Positions 17,547 through 26,876 of a stretch of DNA of 64,000 nt are shown piece after piece. Under the pieces are notes generated by a model. It searched no databases, was not told the origin of the DNA, and saw nothing but the letters and a program-made list of their open reading frames with translations. The translations under genes and the position numbers were made by a program. How positions within the stretch are numbered: position 1 is the first letter of the stretch; every line of letters starts with the position of its first letter. This DNA comes from Alphaproteobacteria bacterium (GTDB lineage Bacteria > Pseudomonadota > Alphaproteobacteria > UBA828), in contig CBDCRW010000002.1 of assembly GCA_965221125.1 (NCBI GenBank), positions 128,001 through 192,000 of the forward strand, read 5' to 3'.

Positions 17547-18666
17547 CTAGGAGGCGGCCGGGGCCGAGGGTCTCGGCGGCGATGCCGCGGGCGGCGGCGG
17601 CCTCGGGCACCGGATTGCCGCTGGCGAGCGCCGCCACCACAGCGCCGAGCGCGGGCGCGGTCATGATGCCGGCGCCCCCCTGCCCCGCCAGCCAAAAGAA
17701 GCCTTCGGCGGCGCGGTCGAAGCCCGCGACCGGCTGACGATCCTTCACGAAGCTCCTGAGCCCCGCCCACTTGTTGCGGATGTGGCGGATCTCCAGCCGC
17801 GTCGCCTGCATGATGCGGTCGGCGCCGATGGCGATGTCGAGCTCCTCGGGATACGCATCGCAGGGCTCGGACGGGACCTCGTCGGCGGGCGATCCCAGGA
17901 CCCGGCCGGCGTCGGGCTTGAGGTAAAAGGAATCCTCGACGTCGTGCACCATCGGCCAGCCGTCGACGCCCTCCGCCGGCCCGTCGAAGATGAACGCAGT
18001 GCGCCGCTTCGGCTCGAGACCGATGGGCGCGACGCCGGCAAGCGCGGCCACGGCGTCGCACCAGGCGCCGGCGGCGTTGACCACGACGGGCGCCGCGAAC
18101 CCGCCGGCCGGCGTCTCCGCGTGCCAGAGGCCGCCCTCGCGCCGGAGCCCCGTCACCGCCGCCTCCGTCATCAGCGTGCCGCCGCGCGCGCGGAGGCCTC
18201 GCAGGTAGCCCTGGTGCAGGGCGGCGACGTCGATCTCCTCCGCATCCGGCTCCAGCACCGCGCCGGCGACGTAGTCCTCGCGCAAGGGCACGGGCTGCGC
18301 CAGAGCTTGCTTGGCGTCGAGGCGGGCCAGGGACGGCACGCGCCGCCGGTTCTCCTCGTAGAAGCGGTCGAGCGCGGCGATCTGCTCGCTGCGGCCCACG
18401 TAGAGCACGTGGCGCGGGCTGAGCAGCGGCGCGGCCGCGAAGCCGGCGGGCGGGTCGGCGAGGAAGGCGCGGCCCGCGACGGCGAGACCCTTGGTGAGCG
18501 GCCCGCCATACGTCTCCATGTACATGGCGGCTGAGCGCCCGGTGGAGTGATAGCCGGGCGCGTCCTCCTGCTCGAGAACGACGACGCGGCCCCGCTCGGC
18601 AAGCCAGTACGCCGCCGAGGCGCCCGCCATGCCGGCGCCGACGACCAGGAAATCGCAACGCTGCAT
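17539..18666 (-). CDS. FAD-dependent oxidoreductase (DAO family, D-arginine dehydrogenase DauA-like)
   Basis: GAGMAG, GYHSTGRSAA, WAGLRSF and AGQGGAGIMTAPA. Confidence 0.85.
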   Translation of the reverse strand: MQRCDFLVVGAGMAGASAAYWLAERGRVVVLEQEDAPGYHSTGRSAAMYMETYGGPLTKGLAVAGRAFLADPPAGFAAAPLLSPRHVLYVGRSEQIAALDRFYEENRRRVPSLARLDAKQALAQPVPLREDYVAGAVLEPDAEEIDVAALHQGYLRGLRARGGTLMTEAAVTGLRREGGLWHAETPAGGFAAPVVVNAAGAWCDAVAALAGVAPIGLEPKRRTAFIFDGPAEGVDGWPMVHDVEDSFYLKPDAGRVLGSPADEVPSEPCDAYPEELDIAIGADRIMQATRLEIRHIRNKWAGLRSFVKDRQPVAGFDRAAEGFFWLAGQGGAGIMTAPALGAVVAALASGNPVPEAAAARGIAAETLGPGRLLAS

Positions 18667-18799
18667 GGCGCGCATTCTATGCGGCGCACCCGGCAGCCGA
18701 AATGGCGGGACTCGGCGTTCGGGGATACGGAACTGCCGCTCTCGGCAAGGCGGGCGCGGCCCGCTACTCTTGCGCCCTCTTCAAGAGCGGGAGCGGACG

Positions 18800-19615
18800 A
18801 TGGAAATTTCGTGTGAGGGCCGGCGCGCGGTGGTGACCGCAGGCGGGTCGGGGATCGGGCGGGTCATCGCGGAGACGCTGGCGGCCAACGGCGCCGCCGT
18901 CTTCACCTGCGACGTCCAGCCCGGACTGGTCGAGGACGTGCGGAGCAGGAGGATCGGCGCGATCGAGGCCGACGTCGCCGATCCGGCCCAGGTGGACCGG
19001 CTGTTCGAGGTCGCGGCGGAGGCCATGGGCGGCGTCGACATCCTCGTCAACAACGCCGGGATCGCCGGCCCCACCGCCCACGTCGAAGCCATCGAGCCCG
19101 CCGACTGGGACCGCACGATCGCGGTCAACATCTCCGGCCAGTTCTATTGCGCGCGCCGCGCGGTGCCGCTCATGCGCGCGGCCGGACAGGGCGCCATCGT
19201 CAACATCTCGTCCACCGCAGGGCGCATGGGCTTCCCGCTCCGGCTCCCCTATGCGACATCGAAGTTCGCCATCACCGGGCTTACCAAGACGCTCGCCATC
19301 GAGCTGGGCCCGGCCAACATCAGCGTCAACGCGATCCTGCCGGGCTACATCCTGAACGAGCGGGGCAGACGCGTGGTCCGCGCCAAGGCCGAGGCCGCCG
19401 GGCGCACGGTGGAAGAGATGCAGGCGACCATCCTGCGCAACATCGCCATGCGGACGGGCATCACGGAGCAGGAGATCGCCGACCTCGCGCTCTACCTCTG
19501 CTCCGACTCCGGCCGCCACATCTCGGGCCAGCTCCTCGGCGTCGACGGCATGTTCGACACCTACATGGGCATGGACAACCTCGACGACCCGCCGTCCGGC
19601 GCGGCCGGCGCGTGA
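18800..19615 (+). CDS. SDR-family oxidoreductase
   Basis: TAGGSGIG, NNAG, and the catalytic YATSK motif. Confidence 0.9.
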   Translation: MEISCEGRRAVVTAGGSGIGRVIAETLAANGAAVFTCDVQPGLVEDVRSRRIGAIEADVADPAQVDRLFEVAAEAMGGVDILVNNAGIAGPTAHVEAIEPADWDRTIAVNISGQFYCARRAVPLMRAAGQGAIVNISSTAGRMGFPLRLPYATSKFAITGLTKTLAIELGPANISVNAILPGYILNERGRRVVRAKAEAAGRTVEEMQATILRNIAMRTGITEQEIADLALYLCSDSGRHISGQLLGVDGMFDTYMGMDNLDDPPSGAAGA

Positions 19616-20352
19616 TCGTCCTCTTCACGGATTTCGGGCCGGGCGGGCCGTACACGGGCCAGATGAAGGCCGTGCTCGCGCGCGAGGCGCCGGGCGTCCC
19701 CGTGGTCGACCTCGCGGACGACCTGCCCGCCTGCGATCCCGAGCCCGCCGCCTATCTGCTCGCGGCCTTCGCGCCGGCCTTCCCGCCGGGCGCGGTCTTC
19801 GTCTGCGTGGTCGACCCCGGCGTGGGCAGCGCGCGGGCGCCGGTGGCGGTGAGCGCCGGCGGTCGCTGGTACGTCGGCCCCGACAACGGCCTCCTCGCCA
19901 TCGTCGCCCGGCGGGCGGACGACGCGCGCTGGTTCGCCATCGACTGGCGGCCACCCACCCTCTCCGCCTCCTTCCACGGCCGCGATCTCTTCGCGCCGGT
20001 GGCGGCGCAATTGGCGCGCGGGGACGCGCTGCCGGGCACGCCGCTGGACGGCGCCCCGGCCGGCGCCGACTGGCCGGACGACCGGGCCGCGATCGTCTAC
20101 ATCGACCCCTACGGCAACGCGATGACCGGAATCCGCGCGGCCCGGCTGGCGGAGGACGCGGTCGTCGTCGCAGGCGGCCGGCGGCTCCAGAAGCTGCGCA
20201 CGTTCTCCGACGCCGCAAGGGGCGCGGCCTTCTGGTACGAGAACGCGAACGGGCTCGCCGAGGTCGCGGTCAACCGGGGCCGCGCGGACCGGGTTCTGGG
20301 TCTCGGCGTGGGAACGCCGGTCCGCATCGAGACGGCGGGCGGCGCGGGATGA
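19612..20352 (+). CDS. SAM hydroxide adenosyltransferase (DUF62; chlorinase/fluorinase fold)
   Basis: TDFG, VVDPGVGSAR, GPDNG, FHGRD and DPYGN; GTGA overlap with the SDR gene. Confidence 0.88.
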   Translation: MIVLFTDFGPGGPYTGQMKAVLAREAPGVPVVDLADDLPACDPEPAAYLLAAFAPAFPPGAVFVCVVDPGVGSARAPVAVSAGGRWYVGPDNGLLAIVARRADDARWFAIDWRPPTLSASFHGRDLFAPVAAQLARGDALPGTPLDGAPAGADWPDDRAAIVYIDPYGNAMTGIRAARLAEDAVVVAGGRRLQKLRTFSDAARGAAFWYENANGLAEVAVNRGRADRVLGLGVGTPVRIETAGGAG

Positions 20353-21080
20353 CGGGCTGGCGGCCGAACGGAGACCAGATTCGCGCGGGCGCGCTCGCCG
20401 GCGCCGACCTCTCGGGCTTCGACCTGCAGGGCTTCCACTTCCGCCAGGCCGACCTGCGCGGTGCCAGCTTCGCCGGCAGCATCCTGCGCGAGGTCGACCT
20501 CTGGGCCGCCGATCTCACCGGCGTCGACCTCACCGGCGCGAACCTGCGGCTTGCCACCTTCAAGGGTGCAAAGCTGCAGGGCGCGCGGCTCGCCGGCGCG
20601 GACCTCTGGAGCGCCGATCTCAAGGTCGCCGACCTGGACGGCGCCGTTCTCTCGGAGTGCAATCTCGCCCAGGCCGAGCTTGCCGGTGCGAAGTGCCGGG
20701 GCGCGGACTTCAGCGGCGCCGAGCTCTACTGCGCCGACCTGCGCCTCGCCGACCTGGAGAACGCCAACCTCGGCCGCGCCGACGGGCGCCTCGCCAAGCT
20801 GGAGGAGGCGGTGCTGATCGGCGCCAACCTGCGCGAAGCGAATTTCTCGGGCGCGAGCTTCAAGCGCGCGCGCCTCGCCACTGCCGACTTCGCCGGCGCC
20901 TACCTGCGCGAGGCGAACTTCCGCGAGGCCGATCTCATCCGCGCCGACTTTCGCGGGGCCGAGGTGGCGGACGCCTTCTTCGGCCAGGCCAACCTCGACG
21001 GCACGGTGATGCCCGACGGCACCATCGAGTCCGCGGCGCTGCGCCACTGGTCCCCGCCGCCGGAGCCGGACGAGGATTGA
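20349..21080 (+). CDS. Pentapeptide repeat protein
   Basis: Continuous A(D/N)(L/F)xx repeats over about 200 aa, ending in MPDG. Confidence 0.92.
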   Translation: MTGWRPNGDQIRAGALAGADLSGFDLQGFHFRQADLRGASFAGSILREVDLWAADLTGVDLTGANLRLATFKGAKLQGARLAGADLWSADLKVADLDGAVLSECNLAQAELAGAKCRGADFSGAELYCADLRLADLENANLGRADGRLAKLEEAVLIGANLREANFSGASFKRARLATADFAGAYLREANFREADLIRADFRGAEVADAFFGQANLDGTVMPDGTIESAALRHWSPPPEPDED

Positions 21081-21252
21081 AGCGCGTCCGTCATGCACGG
21101 ACGCGCTTCAGGCCGCGACCGCGGCCCGCCGCGAATGCGGCGCGCCCGCATCGTGCGCTCCGCGCGCGTTCCGCGCGACGGCGCCGGTCGAAGACCGGCT
21201 GCCGTGAGCGATAAAGGCATAGAGCGTTTCCGTGCAATACGGATACGCCCTA
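21078..21252 (+). repeat. Composite intergenic repeat element, copy 1 (two 33-bp palindromes around a conserved core)
   Basis: Matches the reverse complement of 52365-52514; both ends are stop codons of the convergent flanking genes. Confidence 0.88.
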
Positions 21253-22935
21253 CCGCCCTTCGTTCCCGAAGCCGTCGTCGACGACGACATCGAGGAGCGT
21301 CGGCCCGTCGCGCCGGGTGGAGTCGGCGAGGGCCGGCGCGATGTCGTCCGCATCCGTGATCCGCAGCGCGGTCACCCCGAGCGAGCGGGCGAGGCCGGTG
21401 AAGTCGATCGCCGGGTCCTTGAACTCCATGCCGGCGTAGTGCTCGACGCCGTGAAACGATTTCAGGCGCTCCTTGATGATGCGGTAGCCGCCGTTGTTGG
21501 CGATGACGTAGGTGATCGGCAGCCTGGCGTTCGCGGCGGTCCAGAGCGCCTGGATGCTGTACATCGCGCTGCCGTCGCCGACGACGGCGACGACGGGCCG
21601 GTCGGGAAGCGCCAGCTGCACGCCCACCGCGCCCGCCATAGCGAAGCCGATGCCGCCGCTGCCGAGGCCGAAGTACGCCCTGGTGTCGCGGAAGGGATAG
21701 AGCGCGGGGAGCGCGCGGGCGCTCAGGATCCCCTCCTCCACGATGACCGCGTCGGCGGGCAGGGCGTCGACGAGCCGGAGCATCGCGAGGTCCGGCGCCA
21801 TCGGCGTCTCGCCCGCGCGCGCACACGCGGTGGCGCGGACGGCCTCGCGCTTCGCGGACCAGTTGGAGGGCCCGAGCGCCGCAATCGCGGCTTCTGCCTC
21901 GGCGGCTCCTGCAGCGCCCCGCCTGCTCGCGATCAGGCCGGCGAGGGCGGCGAGCGTCTCCTTCACGTCGGCGCGCAGCGCGATCTCCGCCGGGTAGTTC
22001 TTGCCCATCTCCCAGTCCCGGAGGCCGATCTGGACCACGGCCAGGCCGTCGGGCATCGGGTCGGTCTCGCTGAACACCGACATGCGCAGCACGTCCGAGC
22101 CGATGCAGAACATCAGGTCGTGGGGCGCAAGGGTCTCGCGGATCTCGCGCTGATCGCGCGTGAGCGCGCCCATGAAGGCCGGGTGCTCGGAGAGGAAGTG
22201 CGCCCCGTCGCACACCGTCTGCTGGTAGACCGGCGCGCCCAGCGCCTCGGCAATCCTCGCCGCTTCCGCAAGGGCGCCCGAGGTCGCGACTTCGTGCCCG
22301 GCCACGATGACCGGGCGCCGCGCCGCGAGCAGGCGGTCCGCCAGGCGACCGAGCGCCGCGTCGCTCGGCCTGCCGGCCGCATCCACCCGCGTCGGCTGGC
22401 CGAGCTCGAGCGCGTCCTGCTCGTTGAGAATGTCGCCCGGCAGCGAGATGAACACCGGGCCGGTGGGCGGCGTCGTCGCGATCTTCGCGGCACGGCGCAG
22501 GATGCGCGGCAGGTCGCGCAGCCGGCTCACCTCCACCGCCCACTTCACGAGCGGCTGCGCGATCGGCACCAGGGGCGCGTAGAGCAGCGGCTCGGTCAGC
22601 CCGTGGCCCTGCTCCTGCTGCCCGGCGGTGACGATGACCGGCGAGCCCATCCACTTCGCGTTGTAGAGCGAGCCCATGGCGTTGCCGAGCCCCGGCGCGA
22701 CGTGGACGTTGCAGGCGCTGAGAGCGCCCGAGGCGCGCGAGTAGCCGTCCGCCATGGCGACCACCAGGGCCTCCTGCAGCGCCATGACGTATCTGATCGC
22801 AGGCCGGCCGGGGAGCGCCGCCATGATCGGCAGCTCGGTGGTGCCGGGGTTGCCGAAGAGATGCGATACCCCCTCGCTCTCGAGCAGCGCGAGGAAGGCG
22901 TCGCGGCCGAAGATTGTGTTCATGGCGTCGGACAT
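21250..22935 (-). CDS. Thiamine diphosphate-dependent enzyme (benzoylformate decarboxylase-like)
   Basis: FGNPGTTELP, QE motif, HVAPGLGNAMG, and the GDGSAMYS...NN ThDP motif. Confidence 0.88.
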   Translation of the reverse strand: MSDAMNTIFGRDAFLALLESEGVSHLFGNPGTTELPIMAALPGRPAIRYVMALQEALVVAMADGYSRASGALSACNVHVAPGLGNAMGSLYNAKWMGSPVIVTAGQQEQGHGLTEPLLYAPLVPIAQPLVKWAVEVSRLRDLPRILRRAAKIATTPPTGPVFISLPGDILNEQDALELGQPTRVDAAGRPSDAALGRLADRLLAARRPVIVAGHEVATSGALAEAARIAEALGAPVYQQTVCDGAHFLSEHPAFMGALTRDQREIRETLAPHDLMFCIGSDVLRMSVFSETDPMPDGLAVVQIGLRDWEMGKNYPAEIALRADVKETLAALAGLIASRRGAAGAAEAEAAIAALGPSNWSAKREAVRATACARAGETPMAPDLAMLRLVDALPADAVIVEEGILSARALPALYPFRDTRAYFGLGSGGIGFAMAGAVGVQLALPDRPVVAVVGDGSAMYSIQALWTAANARLPITYVIANNGGYRIIKERLKSFHGVEHYAGMEFKDPAIDFTGLARSLGVTALRITDADDIAPALADSTRRDGPTLLDVVVDDGFGNEGR

Positions 22936-22949
22936 CGGGCCGGCCCCTC

Positions 22950-24044
22950 CTAGGCGCCCACGTCCACGATGGCCACCACCGGGCCGCCGCCCTGCGGCCC
23001 CTGGTGCATCGCATCGACCGAGACGAACACGGCGGGATCGCCGATGGCCGCCGCCGCGACGCCGCCGACCGCGCCCTTGGAATGGCGGTGGTGGTGGACG
23101 TCGGAATCGTCCAGCATGATCTGGCGGCGGCCGCGCAGGCGCGCGGTGCGGTCGGCCTCGCACTTGATGAAGCAGTTGACGAGCTTGCCGCCGAGATCGG
23201 CCGCGCGCGCGCGCTCCGGCAGGTCGAGGCCAGCGTTGCGGATGCCATCGTAGATGCCGTCGATGTCGAGCGCGTCCTGCATGACGCCGTGGCCGATGCG
23301 GAAGCGCCCGCCGGCGCCGCGCGCGTTGCCGAAGAGGACGATCTGCCCGCGGTCGAGCTCCACGCCGGACGAGCACGAGGCGACCGAGGAGTAGAGGTCG
23401 AGGTTGCGGCAGATTTCCTCCGCCCGCGGCATGGCGACTTCGCCGAGAGCGACCGCGATGCCGAGCCCGGTGGTGCCGTTGGAGACCCCCATCGATTCGT
23501 GGACCTCGCAGGCCGCGCTCTCGCCCCGCCCGTGGGCGTCCTGCACCGTGTCGATGGTGAGCAGCGGCGTCTTGGTCTGCACGTAGTGGACGTCCGCCGC
23601 ATCGGCGATGCCGGCGTCGGCCATGGCGGCGCGGACGCCGTCCGCGATCTTTTCCACCATCGCCGGCCGGCCGATGTCCTCGGGCAGGATGGGCGCGCTC
23701 ATGGCGGTCCCCATGGCGAGGCGGAGCGCATCCGGGGGCCCGGTCTCGTCGTTGCGGGCGAAGACGGTGGCGTGCGGGGTGAGCACGCCGTCGCAGCCGC
23801 CCGACCAGACCATGGGGATCTCGCCGACCTCCGCTTCGCTCCGCGCGCCATGCGCGAGGAGGACGCCGCGGAAGGCGTTGTCCGACAGGATCCGGGTGAA
23901 GTCGTTGACCCCGCCGTTGCCCTCCGTCTTGCCGATCACGGCGACGACGGAATCCGCCGCCATGCGGCCCGACGCGATGAGTTCCTCAAGCCCTGAGGCG
24001 TCCGAGACCGACTTGATCTCGACCTTCGCGACGTCGATGGCCAT
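22950..24044 (-). CDS. Ring-opening amidohydrolase, AtzD/barbiturase family, barbiturase-like
   Basis: [37 protein letters not shown] and HQGPQGGG; from memory it closely follows the actinobacterial barbiturase sequence. Confidence 0.9.
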   Translation of the reverse strand: MAIDVAKVEIKSVSDASGLEELIASGRMAADSVVAVIGKTEGNGGVNDFTRILSDNAFRGVLLAHGARSEAEVGEIPMVWSGGCDGVLTPHATVFARNDETGPPDALRLAMGTAMSAPILPEDIGRPAMVEKIADGVRAAMADAGIADAADVHYVQTKTPLLTIDTVQDAHGRGESAACEVHESMGVSNGTTGLGIAVALGEVAMPRAEEICRNLDLYSSVASCSSGVELDRGQIVLFGNARGAGGRFRIGHGVMQDALDIDGIYDGIRNAGLDLPERARAADLGGKLVNCFIKCEADRTARLRGRRQIMLDDSDVHHHRHSKGAVGGVAAAAIGDPAVFVSVDAMHQGPQGGGPVVAIVDVGA

Positions 24045-24064
24045 GTCTCCCTCCCCTGCCGCTC

Positions 24065-25318
24065 TCAAGCCCAGGCCGTGCGCCGCTGCGTCACGGTCTC
24101 GGCGACGACGCGGCCGCGCTTGATGACGTGGGTGCGGTCGGCCCGCCGGGTCAGCGCCTGCAGCGGGTCGGCCGCGTCGATGACGACCAGATCGGCGACG
24201 CAGTCGGGCGCCGCGCCATAGTCGGCGAGCCCCATGGTGCGCGCGGCGGCGCCGGTCTGCATGTCGAAGACGGTCTCGATCTCGTGCGGGCGGCTCATGT
24301 GCGCGGCGTGGCTCGCGAGGAAGGTCACCTCCAGCGGATCGCCGGTGCCGAAGGGGTAGAACGTGTCGCGGATGCAGTCCTGACCGCAGGAGACGTTGAC
24401 GCCCGCCTCCAGCAGCTCCTTCACGCGGGTGATGCCGCGCCGCTTGGGCTGCGCGTCGCCCCGCCCCTGCAGCATCAGGTTGGTCGCCGGGTTCACGATC
24501 ATGTGGATGCCGGCGTCCCGCACGAGGCCGATGACGCGGTTGGCGTAGTTCTCCTCGTAGCCCGCGAGCGCGCAGGTGTGGCCGGCGGTGACGCGCCCCT
24601 GCCAGCCGTTCTCCATCGTCTGCTCGGCCAGCATCTCCAGCGTCTTGGCGTCGGGGTCGTCGGTCTCGTCCACGTGCATGTCGATATCGGCATCGTGGTG
24701 CTTCGCGATCTCGAAGGCGAGCGCAATGTGGCGCGCGCTCTCCGCCGGCGAGGCCTCGTTGAAGGGCATGCCGCCCACCAGATCGCAGCCGGCCTCCATC
24801 GCCTTCCACATGAGGTCGTGGGTGCCCTTGTCCTTGAAGATGCCCTCCTGCGGGAAGGCCACGATCTGCACGTCGGCGATGTCGCGGGTGCGCTCGCGCG
24901 CTTCGAGAACGCCTTCGAGGGGGCGCAGGCCGCCGATGCTGTCCACGTCGACGTGGCTGCGAAAGCGCGTGACCCCGTGGGCGACGGCGGAGCGGATGGT
25001 GCGCACCGCGCGCGCGGCGATTTCCTCCACCGTGTAGGCGCGCTTCCGCGCCCAGATGATCTCGATGGCCTCGTCGAGCGTGCCCGACGCGTTGGGCCTC
25101 ACGTCGTCGTTGATCTGCGCCTTGTCGAGGTGGATGTGCGGCTCCAGAAAGCCGGCCACGCAGAGGCGCCCGCCGGCATCGACGGTGCGCTCGGCCGCAG
25201 CCGCGCCGCCCGGAGGCGCGTCGACGAAGCGGCCGTCTCGGGCGAAAAGGTCGCAGGGCGCGTCCTCCCGCCAGAGGCGCGCGCCTGTGATCGCGAGGTC
25301 GACCCGGTCGTCCGTCAT
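24065..25318 (-). CDS. Metal-dependent amidohydrolase, cytosine deaminase/AtzC-like
   Basis: [27 protein letters not shown] and [13 protein letters not shown]. Confidence 0.88.
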   Translation of the reverse strand: MTDDRVDLAITGARLWREDAPCDLFARDGRFVDAPPGGAAAAERTVDAGGRLCVAGFLEPHIHLDKAQINDDVRPNASGTLDEAIEIIWARKRAYTVEEIAARAVRTIRSAVAHGVTRFRSHVDVDSIGGLRPLEGVLEARERTRDIADVQIVAFPQEGIFKDKGTHDLMWKAMEAGCDLVGGMPFNEASPAESARHIALAFEIAKHHDADIDMHVDETDDPDAKTLEMLAEQTMENGWQGRVTAGHTCALAGYEENYANRVIGLVRDAGIHMIVNPATNLMLQGRGDAQPKRRGITRVKELLEAGVNVSCGQDCIRDTFYPFGTGDPLEVTFLASHAAHMSRPHEIETVFDMQTGAAARTMGLADYGAAPDCVADLVVIDAADPLQALTRRADRTHVIKRGRVVAETVTQRRTAWA

Positions 25319-25332
25319 CGTTCGCTCCTTCC

Positions 25333-26742
25333 TCAGCCGCCAGCGTCCGCAAGGCGGGCCAGAGTCTCGTCCCGGCCAAGCGCCGCCATGACGGCGAAGA
25401 TTCCGGGCGACGCATGGGAGCCCGTGAGCGCCGCCCTGAGCGGTTGCGCGACCTTGCCCAGCCCGACCCCTTCGCCTTCGGCGAAGGCGCGGACGGCACT
25501 CTCAAGCGCCGCCTGGTCCCACGCCGCGCCATGCTCCAGGGCGGCCTTCAGGCGGGCAAGACGGGCGCGCGCCTCGCTGCCCGCGTCGCCGATCAGCTTC
25601 GCCGCCTTGGGCGTCATGGCGTCTCGCGGATCGCGAAACAGGAACGCGAGGTTGTCCGCCAGCTCGACCAGGGTCTTGGCGCGCGCCTTGGCCTCGGGCA
25701 GCAGGGCTGCGATGCGCCGGCGCCCCTCGGCGGTGGCGGCCAGCGGGTACGTTGCGGCGAGGCGGGGCTCGACCTCGGCCAGCAGGTCCGAGTCCGCGCT
25801 CTCGCGGATGTAGTGGCCATTCAGGCTCTGCAACTTCTCCATGTCGAAGCGGGCGGCGCCCCGGTTCACCGCCCCTAAGTCGAACCAGGCGATGGCCTGG
25901 GCGGTGTCGATGATCTCGTCGTCGCCGTGGCTCCAGCCCAGCCTCAGCAGCGCGTTGCGCATGGCGGCGGGCAGGATGCCGTCATCGGCATAGGCGCCGA
26001 TGGCGACCGCGCCGTGCCGCTTGGAGAGCTTCGCGCCGTCGGCGCCGTGGATCAGCGGGATGTGCGCGTAGGCCGGCGGCTCCCAGCCCAGCGCGCGGAA
26101 GAGCTGGGTCTGGCGAAAGGCGTTGCTGAGGTGGTCGTCCCCCCGGATCGCGTGGGTGATGCCCATGTCGTGGTCGTCGACGACCACCGAGAGCATGTAG
26201 GTGGGCGTGCCGTCGGCCCTGAGCAGCACCATGTCGTCGAGCGCGCTATTGTCGATTTTGACTTGTCGTTGTACCAAATCCGATATGACTGTCTCCCCCT
26301 CCTGCGGCGCCCGGAAGCGGATGACGGGGTCTGCGCCGGGCGGCGCGTCCGCCGGATCGCGGTCGCGCCAGCGGCCATCGTAGAGCGCGGCCCGGCCCTC
26401 GGCGCGGGCCTCGGCGCGCATGGCCTCCAGCTCCTTCGGCGAGCAGTAGCAGCGGTAGGCCCCGCCGGCGGCGAGCAGCCCGTGCGCGACCTCCACATGG
26501 CGCTGCCGGCGCTCGGACTGCCGCACGATCTCGCCGTCCCAGTCGAGGCCGAGCCAGCCGAGCCCGTCGACGATGGCGGCGATGGCCTCGGGAGTCGAGC
26601 GCTTGCGGTCGGTATCCTCCAGGCGGAGCAGAAAACTGCCGCCGTGGTGGCGCGCGTAGAGCCAGTTGAAGAGGGCGGTCCGCGCGCCGCCGAGATGCAG
26701 CATGCCGGTCGGCGACGGCGCGAAGCGCGTGACGACGCTCAT
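25333..26742 (-). CDS. gltX: Glutamate--tRNA ligase
   Basis: [16 protein letters not shown] (HIGH motif) and KLSKRHG (KMSKS motif). Confidence 0.96.
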   Translation of the reverse strand: MSVVTRFAPSPTGMLHLGGARTALFNWLYARHHGGSFLLRLEDTDRKRSTPEAIAAIVDGLGWLGLDWDGEIVRQSERRQRHVEVAHGLLAAGGAYRCYCSPKELEAMRAEARAEGRAALYDGRWRDRDPADAPPGADPVIRFRAPQEGETVISDLVQRQVKIDNSALDDMVLLRADGTPTYMLSVVVDDHDMGITHAIRGDDHLSNAFRQTQLFRALGWEPPAYAHIPLIHGADGAKLSKRHGAVAIGAYADDGILPAAMRNALLRLGWSHGDDEIIDTAQAIAWFDLGAVNRGAARFDMEKLQSLNGHYIRESADSDLLAEVEPRLAATYPLAATAEGRRRIAALLPEAKARAKTLVELADNLAFLFRDPRDAMTPKAAKLIGDAGSEARARLARLKAALEHGAAWDQAALESAVRAFAEGEGVGLGKVAQPLRAALTGSHASPGIFAVMAALGRDETLARLADAGG

Positions 26743-26876
26743 GTGCGGTCTCACCCCCGGCAGGCGGCCCGGCGCTTGGCCGCGGATCGGAACGGTCGAG
26801 CGTTTAGCATATCGCCCGGCGGCAGGCGACCGGCGGCGGCACGTGCAAGGCGCCTTCGCTGCGCGAGCTTGCCCGC

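Noticed and set aside
19612-20352. SAM-dependent chlorinase or fluorinase
   Set aside because: FHGRD plus the DPGVG..R Asp/Arg match the Asp-Arg-His triad of SAM hydrolases, not the FYGRD/FYSRE of SalL/FlA.
20349-21080. Qnr quinolone-resistance gene
   Set aside because: Generic pentapeptide repeats in a chromosomal context; no Qnr-specific features recognisable.
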